From: Octopus sinensis
Lineage: Eukaryota
Length of the DNA stretch: 64,000 bases
NCBI RefSeq assembly: GCF_006345805.1
Contig: NC_043002.1
Span: forward strand, 18,972,001-19,036,000
Direction of reading: 5' to 3'
In this document: piece after piece, positions 24,575-41,690 of the stretch
How positions within the stretch are numbered: the stretch's first letter is position 1
Layout of the letters: each line of letters opens with the position of its first letter
The notes under the pieces: generated by a model
Told to the model about the DNA's origin: nothing
What the model saw: only the letters and a program-made list of their open reading frames with translations
Database searches by the model: none
Position numbers and translations under genes: made by a program

Positions 24575-25300
24575 ATCATCATCATTTAACGTCCATTTTC
24601 CATGCTGGCATGGGTTAGAAAGTTTAGCTAGAGCTAGTGAGCTGCACCAGATTCCAGTCATGTGTTTTGACTCAGTTTCTACAGCTGGATGTCTTTTCTA
24701 ACGCTAACCATTTTACAGAGTGTATTAGATGGTTTTTTTTACATGGCACCAGCATGAGTGCTTTTCTATGTAGTACTAACAAGTGGCTTGTAAAACAAAA
24801 ACCCCTTCAGCTAGGAGATTGTTTAGGGTATCAACTCTGCTGTGGTGGATAGGTCTTCTTGAGTACAGCAAGGTTCCAGATATCTCAGTTTTCTGTAATC
24901 TTTATAAGGCTCCTGTGTCTTTAGACCAGCCATTAGCACTTCATCCCATGTCTTCCTGGGAAACTGATTTTCTCAAATGCCCAAGAAGCTCTTTAGAAAT
25001 AGTGGATAATTTCCACAACCTAGCAGTGGGGAGGATGTATGGGAAGTGTGATTACTAGAATAATAAGATGGAGAAAATTCAGAGAGCTTTTACCTCTATT
25101 GGCAACCAAAGGTCTCTCTCTTTAAGTGAAAGGAAGATTGTATAATGCATGCATACAAACAGCAGTGTTACATGGTAGTGAGATGGGCTTGAATGCAGAG
25201 GACATGTGAAGGCTAGAGGAATGAAGCTAGCTCCACTGGATGTCCAGTATCAATGTACAAGTGTGACAGAGTGTTTGTGGTTTCTTAAAAATAAGTGCTA
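24575..25300. mobile_element. Decayed RTE fragments (3' end on -, RT pieces on +)
   Basis: Contains ctacagctggatgtcttttctaacgc, then tggagaaaattcagagagcttttacctctattggcaaccaaag (WRKFRELLPLLATK). Confidence 0.65.
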
Positions 25301-25574
25301 TAAAGGTTACTGCATAGGAAGTCCATTTACAAAATCTAATATTATATTGTTGGCCATTGGTGCCTACTTTTTCAGCACACTATCTGGGTTCAGAAGTATT
25401 TATAAAGGAGCCCTGTCAGGTTTAGATCCCCAAGACATGCAGTATGACAACAACATTTTACTATCTTAACACAGGTACAATGAGTACTGTGACACTAGGG
25501 TTCCATTATTAAAATTTAATTTTATATTATTGGTTGTGGGTTCCTTAAGCTCAGAAATATTTATATAATGTATA

Positions 25575-25842
25575 TCACGTGATCACGTGACCGACCAGAC
25601 CATCAGATGTTGTTACACATCGCTGGTCACAATGCGTTCGCATTGTTTTAGCCTTCGAATGACGCCACCCCGCTGGCTAAGCGAGCAGGCCAACAGAAGA
25701 AAGAGTACAGCAGGGATCACCACCCCCTGCCGGAGCCTCGTGGAACTTTTAGGTGTTTTCGCTCAATAAACACTCACAACGCCCAGTCTGGGAATCGAAA
25801 CCGCGAGTTCGCTGCCCTAACTACTAGGCCATTGCGCCTCCA
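25575..25842 (-). mobile_element. tRNA-derived SINE family D
   Basis: Minus head ggaggcgcaatggcctagtagttagg...ggtttcgattccc. The body is shared with 39405-39720 but the 3' part differs. Confidence 0.75.
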
Positions 25843-27804
25843 CAATGTTGTATATAGATATATACAAATGTAAAAAGTGATATGTATTTCATTTCTAATT
25901 TGTGTAACTTTTCTTGTATTTTTTCTTGCCATAGAACCCATACATTATTCACTTATCAACATCACTATGCACCCACTCGTTATCTCAAAAATATCTTACA
26001 AATCAGACTTGCTCTAGTCAGAATTACATATTTTTTTAATGACTTAATCAGAAGAGGAAGGGCAATCCCATTATCTTTTACAAGATTTTCAGGACTGGTT
26101 ATTCTTAGACCAGAGATAAGGTCTGAAGCCTGAATGTTTACTACAGAACATAACTGCTAGACACTCAAGTATCTTGTGGTGCCGCTAAACTAGGTAACAG
26201 ATTAAGTCTTCCAACAAGAGCAAGAATGATCTGACTGATGGGCTTCTGTGCAATTTTACTCACAGCATTGGTCAACCAGAAATTATTGTAAGAGACACTT
26301 GCTCAAAGTGCTGTATGGTGAGAACAAACCCAGAACAACATGATTGCAAGACAAACTACTAAACTACATGGCTATGCCTGTATCTACCATATCAAAAAAA
26401 AACTTACAGGGTCACACCTGGAACATCTTTGATTATAGTCTTGTAGGATCTGAGTCAACCTAAACAACAGTAATGTTATATATCTTGTATTAGTCTCCTA
26501 CTAGTAAATGATTTTCCCCCACACAAACATAAAACAATTTTGATTTCAAAGTATTTAAAACAATTTTTTTTTAGGCAAATAGTTAAAGCTTTATTGCCTT
26601 CATAGTGTTTACCATTTTACAAAATCAAACTAGAAAAATAGAAAAAAACAGAGAACACAAGTGAAAAAGTTAAAAAGAAAATGAGGACCCCCCCCCCAAA
26701 TCACCACCTTGGCTTGAAAAGTTAGGGGTGCTAAGAAACCTCTCCAATAGCTATTGAGACACGCAACTTATAAATGATGAGAATCCTACAGATTGTAAAT
26801 ACTTTTTCTGTTGATATGGTAATGTTTTCTAACATTAGCATGATATATAGTTGATAAAATCGACTTTTGTATTGTATTTTATTGAACTTACATAAGTTTT
26901 GAGAATTCCAAGTCAGAATATAAAGGCTTGTAACTAAATACCACCAGACAATTCATCCAACGCTTTCTTGGCAAGCAACATACTATAAAAAGTCACTCCT
27001 AGTTGAGTTTTTGCATTTACCTAATTATGCCTTTTGTCCTTTATCTTCACAACTACCTACGATAACTAGAGAGAAGCCTCAGCCTATGTGAGCATGATCT
27101 GTTAGAAATAGCAGTCAAAGTTCTGGATTAACTCTCACTAGAAATCTCATATTTCATTGGAAAAGAAAGACAGTTTTTTCTAGCAGTCTTTCGGTAAAAG
27201 TCTATGACGTCATGAACAAGTGTGTGACATTGTGTTTCATCTGTTCGATAGAACTGAACAGTCAAACACATACTTGCACATATGCTCACTTATGACTGAC
27301 GCCATATACTTATACCAAAACATTGCCGTTTTTCCTTCTTATTTTAGTATTTCTGACATTTCATATGAAATATGGGACTTCAAGAGACAGCTATTCTAGG
27401 ATGGGACGATTACAACTGAAATGTTTTTGATCATAATGTTTGGTCAATCAGAGAGAGAAGTCCTGAGATAAAGTATATGTATGTAAAGAAGTTACAATAT
27501 GTCTCAAAAATATTGTAAGATAACAGTGGATAAGGTTAAAGCATTTATCCTGCTCCCATATTTTAAAACTATTTATATCAATGAGCCAATCATAAATAAG
27601 AGTGATTTAAATGCTTTTCAAACAGGAAAAGACAGGACTAATGATTTTATCTTTGCCCATTGTTGCCTAACAATTGTTTCTAAAGAAACTTTGTAGCTTC
27701 TTATAGCTTCGAAATTAGGGAGTCCGAAATTATTAACAGTGATAACTTACACTCCCACGTTTCTCTAGAGTTATGTTCTCTTAATATTTCTTCAGTTTAC
27801 ACAA

Positions 27805-28455
27805 AAAATTTTGGTTAATTACTACTTTCCGAATCTGAAAAAGGGGAAAAAAAAGCATTTCAAAATTTTAATTCTTCCCCATCAATTTCTTAAATTTCCC
27901 TTTTTAATATAATTTTGGTTAATTACTACTTTCCGAATCTGAAAAAAAAAAAAAAAAGCATTTCAAAACTTTAATTCTCCCCCATCAATTTCTTAAATGT
28001 TCACTTTTTAAAAAAATTTGGTGGGGCAAAATACCTAGAAAAATACGAAGATTATGGATTCCAAAAAAAAAAAGAAGAAATTGTAAAATTTCAATTTTTC
28101 AAAAAAAATAAACAACCCTTCCTCCAATGTCAAGAAGTGAAATTAAAGTGTTTTCTCTACTGTTTCATGTATGCATAGAATTGTAAAATAGCAGACGTGA
28201 AAAGTATCTAAACAGAAAAACCGACAAGATAGAAACACGCTTTCAAAATTCTAATACGAATTACCGAAGAAAAAATTTCAAAACTTAAAACCCTTCCCTG
28301 CAAATTTCTTCATTTTGCACCTATTTTAGAAATTCTTTTTGGCAAAATACGTTGAAAAATACGGAGATTATGATTCTAAAAAAATTGTAAAATTTTAATT
28401 TTTCAAAAAAAAAAAAAAACCCTCCCCTCCACCCTATGACAGAAAGTGAAATTTC
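27805..28455. repeat. Two pairs of ~105-120-bp direct repeats (probable DNA-element subterminal repeats)
   Basis: ttttggttaattactactttccgaatctg occurs twice. ggcaaaatac...gattatg...aaattgtaaaatt occurs twice. Confidence 0.6.
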
Positions 28456-28656
28456 ACCTACCCACTTTTTTCTTTGCCAAAGGGGCAAAGAATGAAAAAA
28501 AGATTGTGAAACGGTCTTCTTACAATTCGCAAACGATATTGTCAGGTCCCTTGTATCATTAATATCTGACTGGTAAAAGTAACTTATCGTCCAACATGTT
28601 TGTTTACATTCGCGAGTGCCCGTTTTCCGAATTTTATTTTTTAGTACAAAATATTT

Positions 28657-29062
28657 GGATCTTTTTGGTTTGAACGGCAGTTTTTTCTAGCGGTGTCATA
28701 TGAAATTGTCACCCATAATTATGACCCTAGTATCGATCTATTGCATTTCAATCTGGGTTAGGGTTAGGGGGAAGGGTATCTTTGTTTTTCTTCAGAAATG
28801 TAAATAAACCCAATCTGTTTCTTAAACGAGGGACATATTCATACGGCACAGAATGTTGTTTACCTCAATAGACATCAGTGATTGGTTGAAATTGCAGAAA
28901 TTGAAGAAAAAAACAACAAATATCTTACAAACTATAGATTTTTCTCAATAAAGCCAAGAGAAAATGATGTTTTATAAACATATTCTACCAGTATACGAAG
29001 TTTAAAATTTTTTAGTTACCTAGAAATTATGTTAAAAACTGCCGTTCAAACCGAAAAGATCC
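28657..29062. mobile_element. 406-bp MITE, GGATCTTTT family, exact 8-bp TSD aaatattt (Merlin-like)
   Basis: TIRs ggatctttttggtttgaacggcag and ctgccgttcaaaccgaaaagatcc. TSD at 28649-28656 and 29063-29070. Confidence 0.9.
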
Positions 29063-29442
29063 AAATATTTTAAAATAAATGAATCTTCCTAATTTTCTTG
29101 CACACTTCATTTATTTGACTATATTTCCCGTTTCGTAACTTGTTTGACAAGTGAGCGTCATATCCTTGGAGAGGTGCGCTTCGAAAGAAGCACCAAAGAA
29201 TCATGCAAAACAAATAAAAAAAACGAAATTAATTAATTTGGTATTCTTTAATCGCTTCTTCCTCATTTTACTAATCAATTATGTTTTACTCTCATTTTAC
29301 AAATCAATTTCCTGGATATCACGTAACATCCGATTATAAGTTTTCATAAACAACAAACCAACATTTCAGCTTAGAAGTTTTTATTTAAGACGAGCAAATA
29401 TATTTTCTTAATGTTTTTTTATGTTTTCCTTTCAAAATAAAT

Positions 29443-29662
29443 ACCTATTTCTTTATTACCCACAAGGGGCTAAACATAGAGAGGACAGACATAGGTATTA
29501 AGTCGATTACATCGACCCCAGTGCATAACTGGTACTTAATTTATCGACCCCGAAAGGATGAAAGGCAAAGTTGACCTCGGCGGAATTTGAACTTAGAACA
29601 TAACGGCAGATGAAATATGGCTACGCATTTCGCCCAGCGTGCTAACGGTTCTGCCAGCTCGC
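29443..29662 (-). mobile_element. SINE family B
   Basis: Same core as 6825-7056. Confidence 0.85.
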
Positions 29663-29834
29663 AACATCAAGAAGTTCACATAATTCTATTGGGGCTAATG
29701 CAGTTTTGTACCTCTCCTTGAAAAATGCATTTTTTGGAAAATCTCCAACATCTAAAACACAGGGATCTGAAAAAAATTTTTTCAAACAAATGCATCTTTT
29801 AAGGAGAGGAGCGAAACTGCATTAGCCCCATCCT

Positions 29835-30030
29835 ATTTACATTGTTATTAGTAGTATTATGAGAGTCATTGTTAACTAACCGTATTCCATTAAAAACTGC
29901 GAATCTGCGACCTATAACTGGTCGGTCTAATTAATAATGATGATGGTTTTCAAAACATGTAAGTGCTACAAGCCTAGAACTTCCCATACCAGAAGTCAAC
30001 AAGTGCACGATGTCATCAGGAGAGAATGCT
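29835..30030 (-). promoter_or_regulatory. Diverged paralog of the ZNF-3 promoter/exon-1 region
   Basis: Aligns by eye with 39145-39305 (tatttacattgttattagtagtattat...; caggagagaatgc). The ETS site reads CCAGAAGT. Confidence 0.4.
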
Positions 30031-30339
30031 AAAGCCTTGTTTTATCCAGTGTTCTGAGTCGCTTTGGTTGGTGCTGAGATGGCAATAGTATGTGTACTTA
30101 TACTGTAAGCCCCTTATCCGTGCATTTTACAGATCACCAACACCAGTACTACTACTGTGACACCATCATCAGTGCTTCCTTTTCTGTGGTTCCATCATCG
30201 GTGCTTTTTATGTGACACCTCCAGTTTAGCATTTCATGTGGCCCCATCGCCAATTCTTTTTTCCTGGGACCAGCACCTGTGCCATTTATATAGCACTCTT
30301 ACCAGTGCTTGTGATGTAGGTCCAGCATTTCTGTTTCAT

Positions 30340-30530
30340 TCTGTGAAGATCTTTACTCTGTGTCAAGGTGCTCACTTGAAATAATTTACCACAGATCTTG
30401 CAGTGATATGTTTTCTCACCTCTATCAATGTCTGTGTATAGAAAATTCACTGCACTGGCAGAATTATTTACCACAGATATCACAATGATATGGCTTCTTA
30501 CTAGTGTGCCATTTTTTATGAACATACATT
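30340..30530 (-). pseudogene. Decayed C2H2 finger relic (2+ fingers with stops)
   Basis: Minus strand reads KPYHCDICGK* and GEKTYHCKICGKLFQ. Confidence 0.75.
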
Positions 30531-30769
30531 GAGATCTGGAATTACTCGTAACAAAACCAGAGGGCAATGTATACAGACTGTGTCATAAGAAACCTTCCCA
30601 AGCACATGCTTCTGGGTTCAATCCCACTGCATGGCACCTTAAATGTGTGCCTTCTACAATAGCCTTGGTTTATCCAAAGCCTTCTGAGGAGATTAGGTTG
30701 GTGAAAACTTGTGAGTGGATTTGGTAAATGACACACATTCAATGTATTCTTTTCTATTCTAGGCAAAAG

Positions 30770-31140
30770 GATTGAAATTTTTGTGGAGGTGGCCATTTGC
30801 TTACATTGAACCCCAGTATGCAATTGGTACTTAATTTCTCATTCTGAAGAGAATGAAAGGCAAAGTCAACCGCGACGTAATTTGAACTCAGAATATAAAG
30901 ACAGATGAAATACCTATTTTTTTACTACCCACAAGGGGCTAAACACAGAGAGGACAAACAAGGACAGACAAACGGATTAAGTCGATTACATCGACCCCAG
31001 TGTGTAAATGGTACTTATTTAAGCGATCCTGAAAGGATGAAAGGCAAAGTCGACCATGGCAGAATTTAAACTCAGAATGTAACGGCAGACGAAATACCAT
31101 TAAGCATTTTACCCAATGTGCTTAGGTTGCTGCCAGCTAA
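30770..31140 (-). mobile_element. Two tandem SINE family B copies
   Basis: The core tgaaaggcaaagtc occurs twice with an intervening tail. Confidence 0.75.
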
Positions 31141-31774
31141 CTGCTTGACACTTTCAAAGTATTGGTTCTAAAATAACAGACGCCAGAAATATTTGCATAT
31201 TTATTCACAATACGTTGGAGGAAAATGACAGGCAATATATGTTAGTTGCGTGTCAAAGGAAAAAAAATTTCATCTTGCTATAAATACTTGATTCATCATT
31301 ATTTGACGTTTGTTTTCCATTCAGGTATATGTTGGATAGTTCAACTGGAGCTGACATGGCCTGCACCTGCACATGTTTCCCTTGTTTGATGTGGCTTGTT
31401 TTCAACTGCACAATGCATTTCCTAATGTCAACCATTTTACAGAGTGCACTGGGTGTTTTTTTTCTCTTTTTTATGTGACAACAAAACCGACAGGGTCACC
31501 AAGTACCTTGCAAGACAAACTAGCTCACAACTGGGAGGGAGGAAGGTAGTATTGAAGGAATGTCACTTTGTGCCAGTTGACAGGTTTATGGTAGAAAGGG
31601 AACAGGGTCTAGATATAGAGTAAAAAAACAAGCACAAAATAAATATTTTATTCATTATTCTTCTTTAATAAATTCCTGTAATTGATGAAAGGAAAAAGCC
31701 CGTGTTTTAGCAGACCAAATAGTGTTAATTATTGTTATGACTTAATAAATTTTGACATTGAGACATTAACACAT

Positions 31775-32010
31775 CTCTGTGAATACCTACATGTTTATGC
31801 ATGTGGCTTTTTCGAGAGAATGATTTGCCACACGTCACAATGACATAGCTACTCTCTTGTAGGGATTCGTTCATGTACAGTTAAGTCAAGTCTATGAGAG
31901 AATGATTTACCACAGACACGACCATTACATAGGTTGTGTCTGGTATGAACATTTTCGTGTATAGTTACAACACCATTTGCAAAAAATGGATTACAACAAC
32001 TAATGCAAGA
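31775..32010 (-). pseudogene. At least 3 decayed fingers downstream of the ZNF-3 stop codon
   Basis: Minus strand VCGKSFSHRLDLTVHERI and a further tgtgacgtgtggcaaatcattctctcg finger, with frameshifts. Confidence 0.75.
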
Positions 32011-33006
32011 TTATGGTTCCTCTCTTGTATGTATATTTGTGTGTCTATTCAACTGACGCCTTTGAGAAAATGTCTTACCACAGATCTCACAATGATAAGG
32101 TTTCACTCCTGTATGGATAGGCTTGTGACTAGTCAAGTGACTTTTTTGATAGAATGATTTACCACAAATATCACAATGGTATGGTCTCTCACCAGTATGA
32201 ATGCGATTGTGAGCAACCAAATGACTATTACAAGAGAATGATTTACCACAGTCACGACAATGATAAGGTTTCTCTCCTGTATGAATGCGACTGTGAGTAA
32301 CCAATTCACTATTACGAGAGAATGATTTACCACAGATACCACAATGATGAGGTTTCTCTCCTGTGTGTGTAGCTTTGTGATTAGTCAAGATACTGCTTTG
32401 AGAGAATGATTTACCACAGACATCACAATGATATGGCTTCTCTCCCGTATGTGTACGTTTGTGTCTAGCAACGCTACTACTGTAAGGAAATGATTTACCA
32501 CAGACATCACAATGATATGGCGTCTCTCTTGTATGTGTACGTGTGTGTCTAGCAACTTCACTACTGTAAGAAAATGATTTACCACAGATATCACAATGAT
32601 ATGGCTTCTCTCCTGTATGTGTACGTCTAGCAACGTCACTACTGTTAGAAAATGATTTATCACAGATATCGCACTGCTGCCCGTCCCCACCTGTGTGAAT
32701 CCATTGGTGATAAGTAAAGCAACAATACTGAAGAAATGATTTACCACAGATATCACAATGATATGGCTTCTCTCCTGTATGTGTATGTGTGTGTCTAGCA
32801 ACGTCACTACTGTTAGAAAATGATTTATCACAAATATCACACTGCTGTCCGTTCCCTCCTGCGTGAATCCATTGGTGATAAGTAAAGCAACAATACTGAA
32901 GGAATGATTTACCACAGATATTACAGTGATATGCCTTTTTCTCTGTATCAGGGTTTTCTGGTTTAATTAAATTATTCATTATGAGAGAATTATTTATCAT
33001 ACACAT
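32011..33006 (-). CDS. C2H2 zinc-finger protein ZNF-3, 11 finger positions (finger 4 lacks first His)
   Basis: Tandem C2H2 repeats. First ATG at 33006 (the track starts at GTG 33009); putative acceptor ttcttttcccatttcAG at 33280-33281. Confidence 0.9.
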   Translation of the reverse strand: MCMINNSLIMNNLIKPENPDTEKKAYHCNICGKSFLQYCCFTYHQWIHAGGNGQQCDICDKSFSNSSDVARHTHTHTGEKPYHCDICGKSFLQYCCFTYHQWIHTGGDGQQCDICDKSFSNSSDVARRTHTGEKPYHCDICGKSFSYSSEVARHTRTHTRETPYHCDVCGKSFPYSSSVARHKRTHTGEKPYHCDVCGKSFSQSSILTNHKATHTGEKPHHCGICGKSFSRNSELVTHSRIHTGEKPYHCRDCGKSFSCNSHLVAHNRIHTGERPYHCDICGKSFYQKSHLTSHKPIHTGVKPYHCEICGKTFSQRRQLNRHTNIHTREEP

Positions 33007-34089
33007 CACATTGATAATGTGTTTTTCATTTCTATGAATACATTTCTGTTCACTTGTGTCTCTATATTCAGAGAATAATTTAATGCAATGTTTCTTCCAT
33101 ACATTCCAGAGAAAGAAAAAAAATATTTCGCTGTTCTTTGTTATAGACTGTATTTATATACAGAGGTTGACTTATTCATGAATGCTCCTTACAAATATAC
33201 AGTCTTCATTTAGGTGATGAGAATATCAAAGACACTTCTGAATGGAGAGATTTCTTTCACATCAACATGTTGTGATATTCTGAAATGGGAAAAGAAGCAG
33301 TAAGATAAAACTGGTAATTGAACAATATAGTAATTCAACATTGCAGATTTTATATCACTACCACTGTCATACATTTACTGTCCAAGTAGATTGAGTTGGA
33401 AGTCGTTAGAACCTAATAGGAATGGAGCTAGCCAAAACAAAAATATAGTGGTCATAACATGACCAGAGTAGTGAGCTGGTGCCATCCAGAATTTCGCAGA
33501 GCAAAGTTGCCAGAAATGAAATAGGCTGTTTATGAAGTGATCAGAGTTAATGATGAAGAAGCATTGTTGCTCATCTGCAGTCTTTCCGCTAACAGATTAA
33601 AACACCCATTTCTCTTCATGGGTACTGAACTGCCCTCTAGGATTCATACGTGCCCAACCCTGGTGGGCTGCAGAATGCCAGACCTCCATACTCTACCTAC
33701 GGTACTATTCAAGAAGAGTGTATAAACATAAATACATATATACATTCGTGTATACTCATGCAAGCTGACGCATACACATACATGCCAACTAAGAAACAAA
33801 AAGAAACGGCTCCAATAATGGACACAGTCAACAAGTACTGAAGAGGTTGCAAGAAGCAACGAATATTTTAGAAGGTAAATTAATAAATGAGTAAATAAGC
33901 GGAAATCGAACAGGTGAGTGTTAATTAACAAAGTATTAAAACAGAATTACTCTTTCCAGATGTAACAAGATATGCTTCAACACACCAATTCATATAAAGA
34001 TTCTTGCAAACCAAATACAAATACGGAATCTATATCGTCCGAGGTATATTTGTAGAAAATTTCATATTAATGTAGTGTTCTATAATAGG

Positions 34090-38545
<4,456 letters not shown>

Positions 38546-38672
38546 GTTCGTTTTAGTCGTTAATCACAACGCTTTACTCTCATTTTACAAATAAATTTCC
38601 GCTATATCACATGTAACAGCCGATAATAGGTTTTCAGAAACAACAAATCAACATTTCAGTTTGGAAGTTATA

Positions 38673-39055
38673 GGCGCAGGAGTGGCTGTGGTAAGTAGCT
38701 TGCCAACCAACCACATGGCTCCGGGTTCAGTCCCACTGCGTGGCATCTTGGGCAAGTGTCTTCTGCTATAGCCCGGGGCCGACCAATGCCTTGTGAGTGG
38801 ACTGAAAGAAGCCTGTCGTATATATGTATGTATATATATATATGTGTGTATGTGTTTGTCCCCCTAGCATTGCTTGACAACCGATGCTGGTGTGTTTACG
38901 TCCCTGTCATCTAGCGGTTCGGCAAAAGATATCGATAGAATAAGTACTGGGCTTACAAAGAATAAGTCCCGGGGTCGATTTGCTCGACTAAAGGCGTTGC
39001 TCCAGCATGGCCGCAGTCAAACGACTGAAACCAATAAAAGGGTAAAAGAGAGCAA
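38673..39055 (+). mobile_element. tRNA-derived SINE family A
   Basis: Same head, body and tail as 22355-22752. Confidence 0.9.
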
Positions 39056-39189
39056 GAGTATTTAAGACGACGAAATATATTTTCTAATATTTTTTGCTTT
39101 CGCTTCGAAATAATTACTGCGACGTCGAAAAGTTCAGATAACTCTCTTATTTACATTGTTATTAGTAGTATTATTATCATCATTGTCAA

Positions 39190-39305
39190 CTTACCGTATT
39201 AAGACAAAAACTGTGGATCACAGATCGATAACCATTGAGTTATCAATCCAGAACTCCTCAAACCGGAAGCCAGTAGGTGTATGACGTAATCAGGAGAGAA
39301 TGCGC
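39190..39305 (-). promoter_or_regulatory. Putative promoter / non-coding exon 1 of ZNF-3
   Basis: CCGGAAG at 39263-39269, TGACGTAA at 39282-39289, and minus-strand donor ACG|GTAAGT at 39194. Confidence 0.45.
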
Positions 39306-39404
39306 TCTAACTCCCGACGGCTTCAGCGAATCGTTGTAGAAGTTATTTCCCTTTAATGTCATGGTATTTCTTCAATTTTTCTAATAGATGGCTCTCAACG
39401 CCCG

Positions 39405-39720
39405 CAACGGACGTTGTGAGTGTTTATTGAGCGAAAACACCTAAAAGCTCCACGAGGCTCCGGCAGGGGTTGGTGGTGATCCCTGCTGTACTCTTTCACC
39501 ACAACTTTCTCTCACTCTTACTTCCTGTTTCTGTTGTACCTGTATTTCAAGGGGCCGGCCTTGTCACGCTGAATATCCCCGTGAACTACGTTAAGGGTAC
39601 ACGTGTCTGTGGAGTACTCAGCCACTTACACGTTAATTTCACGAGCAGGCTGTTCCGTTGATTCGGATCAACCGGAACCCTCATCGTCGTAACCGACTGA
39701 GTGCTTCCATCCATCCAGAT
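39405..39720 (+). mobile_element. SINE family D body with alternative 3' part (Deu/Nin-domain-like)
   Basis: gttgtgagtgtttattgagcgaaaacacctaaaag is shared with 25575-25842. The remainder includes gcaggctgttccgttgat. Confidence 0.7.
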
Positions 39721-40032
39721 GGCTCTACTGAGCAGTTGGATTCGTTCCAGGATTTCCCTTGGGAGATACACTATAACTGAGAAGACCCGGCAAATAAAGT
39801 GAGATCACAGCTGTAGCCTAGGACAGTGTCGCATAACCATCCCACTCAAAAAATACATTTAGATCATAGGGCAACATGCTGTACTTGAGGACACTGATTG
39901 AGTCAAGTACATCAACATCGACTTGCGCGTATGCAAATGAATAGATTCGCGCATGCGCGATTAAAACGCAAAGTAAATAATTTTTTAAACTAAGTAAATA
40001 AAGTCAGGCTACATCCGAAAAAATATATATTA

Positions 40033-41061
40033 GGATCTTTTCCTTTTGAACGGCAGTTTTCAACACAATTTCTAGTAAGCTAAACACTTTTAAACTTCGT
40101 ATCCTGGTAGAATGTGTTTATAAAACACCACTTTTTCATGGCTTTATTGAGAAAATTCTATATGTTGTAACATATTTCGACTTTAATTTCGAGCATTTCG
40201 GCAATTTTAACCAATCGCTGACCTCCATTTGGGGTGAAAACATTCCGTGCTGTATGAATATGTCCCTCGTTTAAGAAACAGATTAGGTTTATTTACATTT
40301 GCGAAGAAAAAAAGATACCCTTCCCCCACCCTAAAATAGATAGAAATGCAATAGATCGAAATTAGGGTTATAATTATGGGTGACAATTTCATACGACACC
40401 GCTACGGAGAATGGGATTTTTTTCTAGCGGTGTCAAATAAAATTGTCACCCATAATTATAACCCTAGTATCGATCTATTACATTTCAATCTATTTTAGGG
40501 TTAGAGGTGGGGGGAGGGTATCTTTTTTTCTTCGCAAATGTAAATAAATCCAATCTGTTTCTTAAACGAGGGACATATTCATACAGCACGGAATGTTGTT
40601 TACGTCAATGGAGGTCAGCGATTGGTTAAAATTGCCGAAATATGGGATCTTTTCGGTTTGAACGGCAGTTTTTAACATAATTTCTAGGTAACTAAAAAAA
40701 TTTTAAACTTCGTATACTGGTAGAATGTGTTTATAAAACATCATTTTTTCTTGGCTTTATCGAGAAAAATCTATAGTTTGTAAGATATTTGTTACTTTTT
40801 TTCTTCAATTTCAACCAATCACTGACGTCTATTGAGGTAAAAAAAACATTCTGTGCAGTATGAATATGTCCCTCGTTTAAGAAACAGATTGGGTTTATTT
40901 ACATTTGTGAAGAAAAAAAGATACCCTTCCCCCCACCCCTAACTCTAACCCTAAATCTAAAACAGATTGAAATGCAATAGATCGATACTAGGGTCATAAT
41001 TAAGGGTGACAATTTCATATGACACCGCTAGAAAAAACTGCCGTTCAAACCGAAAAGATCC
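40033..41061. mobile_element. Composite of three GGATCTTTT-family MITE units, 8-bp TSD (7/8 match)
   Basis: TIRs at 40033, 40645 and 41061. Flanks are atatatta and atataata. Confidence 0.8.
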
Positions 41062-41239
41062 ATATAATATTTTTCGAACTAAGTAAATAATTTTTTAAAC
41101 TAAGTAAATAAATAATTTTTTATAAACAAACTAAGTTTTTTTTTAAAAAAGCGTATATGATTTTTTTACACAAATTAAATATTTTTCGAACAAAGTAAAT
41201 AAAAAGCAAAGAAAAAATTGAATATCTCACGAAAATAAA

Positions 41240-41690
41240 TACAACAGAGGTAGAATGCCACAGGAGAGGTGGGCTTTGGGAGAATGGAATCGAGAAGACA
41301 AGAAAGGGTTTCTAGTCTTCGTACCTGACCGTTCCTCTGAAACTCTTTTACCCCTTATCAAAAAATTCATAAAAACCAGGTACGACTTATATTCCGATTG
41401 TTGGGGTGCGTATAATGGTATTAATGAAATGGATGACACCAAAATACACCCATTTCAAAGTGAACCATTCGGAAAATTTCGTAGATCCCAAAACAAATGT
41501 ACACACCAATTCTGTGGAATGTTATAGGAAGAATGCAAAAAGACGTTTCAAGACTATGATGGGGGTACACACGAACATGGTGGAATCGTACCTGGATGAA
41601 TTTCTTTTGGAGAGAATACGGAAAAAGTGGGAAGGAATGTTTTGAAAACATTCTGAAACACCTTTTAGAATGGTTCACATTCAAGTAAAT
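41240..41690 (+). pseudogene. Merlin/IS1016-like transposase C-terminal relic flanked by ~130-bp inverted repeats
   Basis: GFLVFVPDRSSETLLPLIKKFI, YSDCWGAY, HFKVNHSENFVDP..HTNSVE and SYLDEFL, with frameshifts. IR at 41085-41220 / 41740-41865. Confidence 0.85.
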
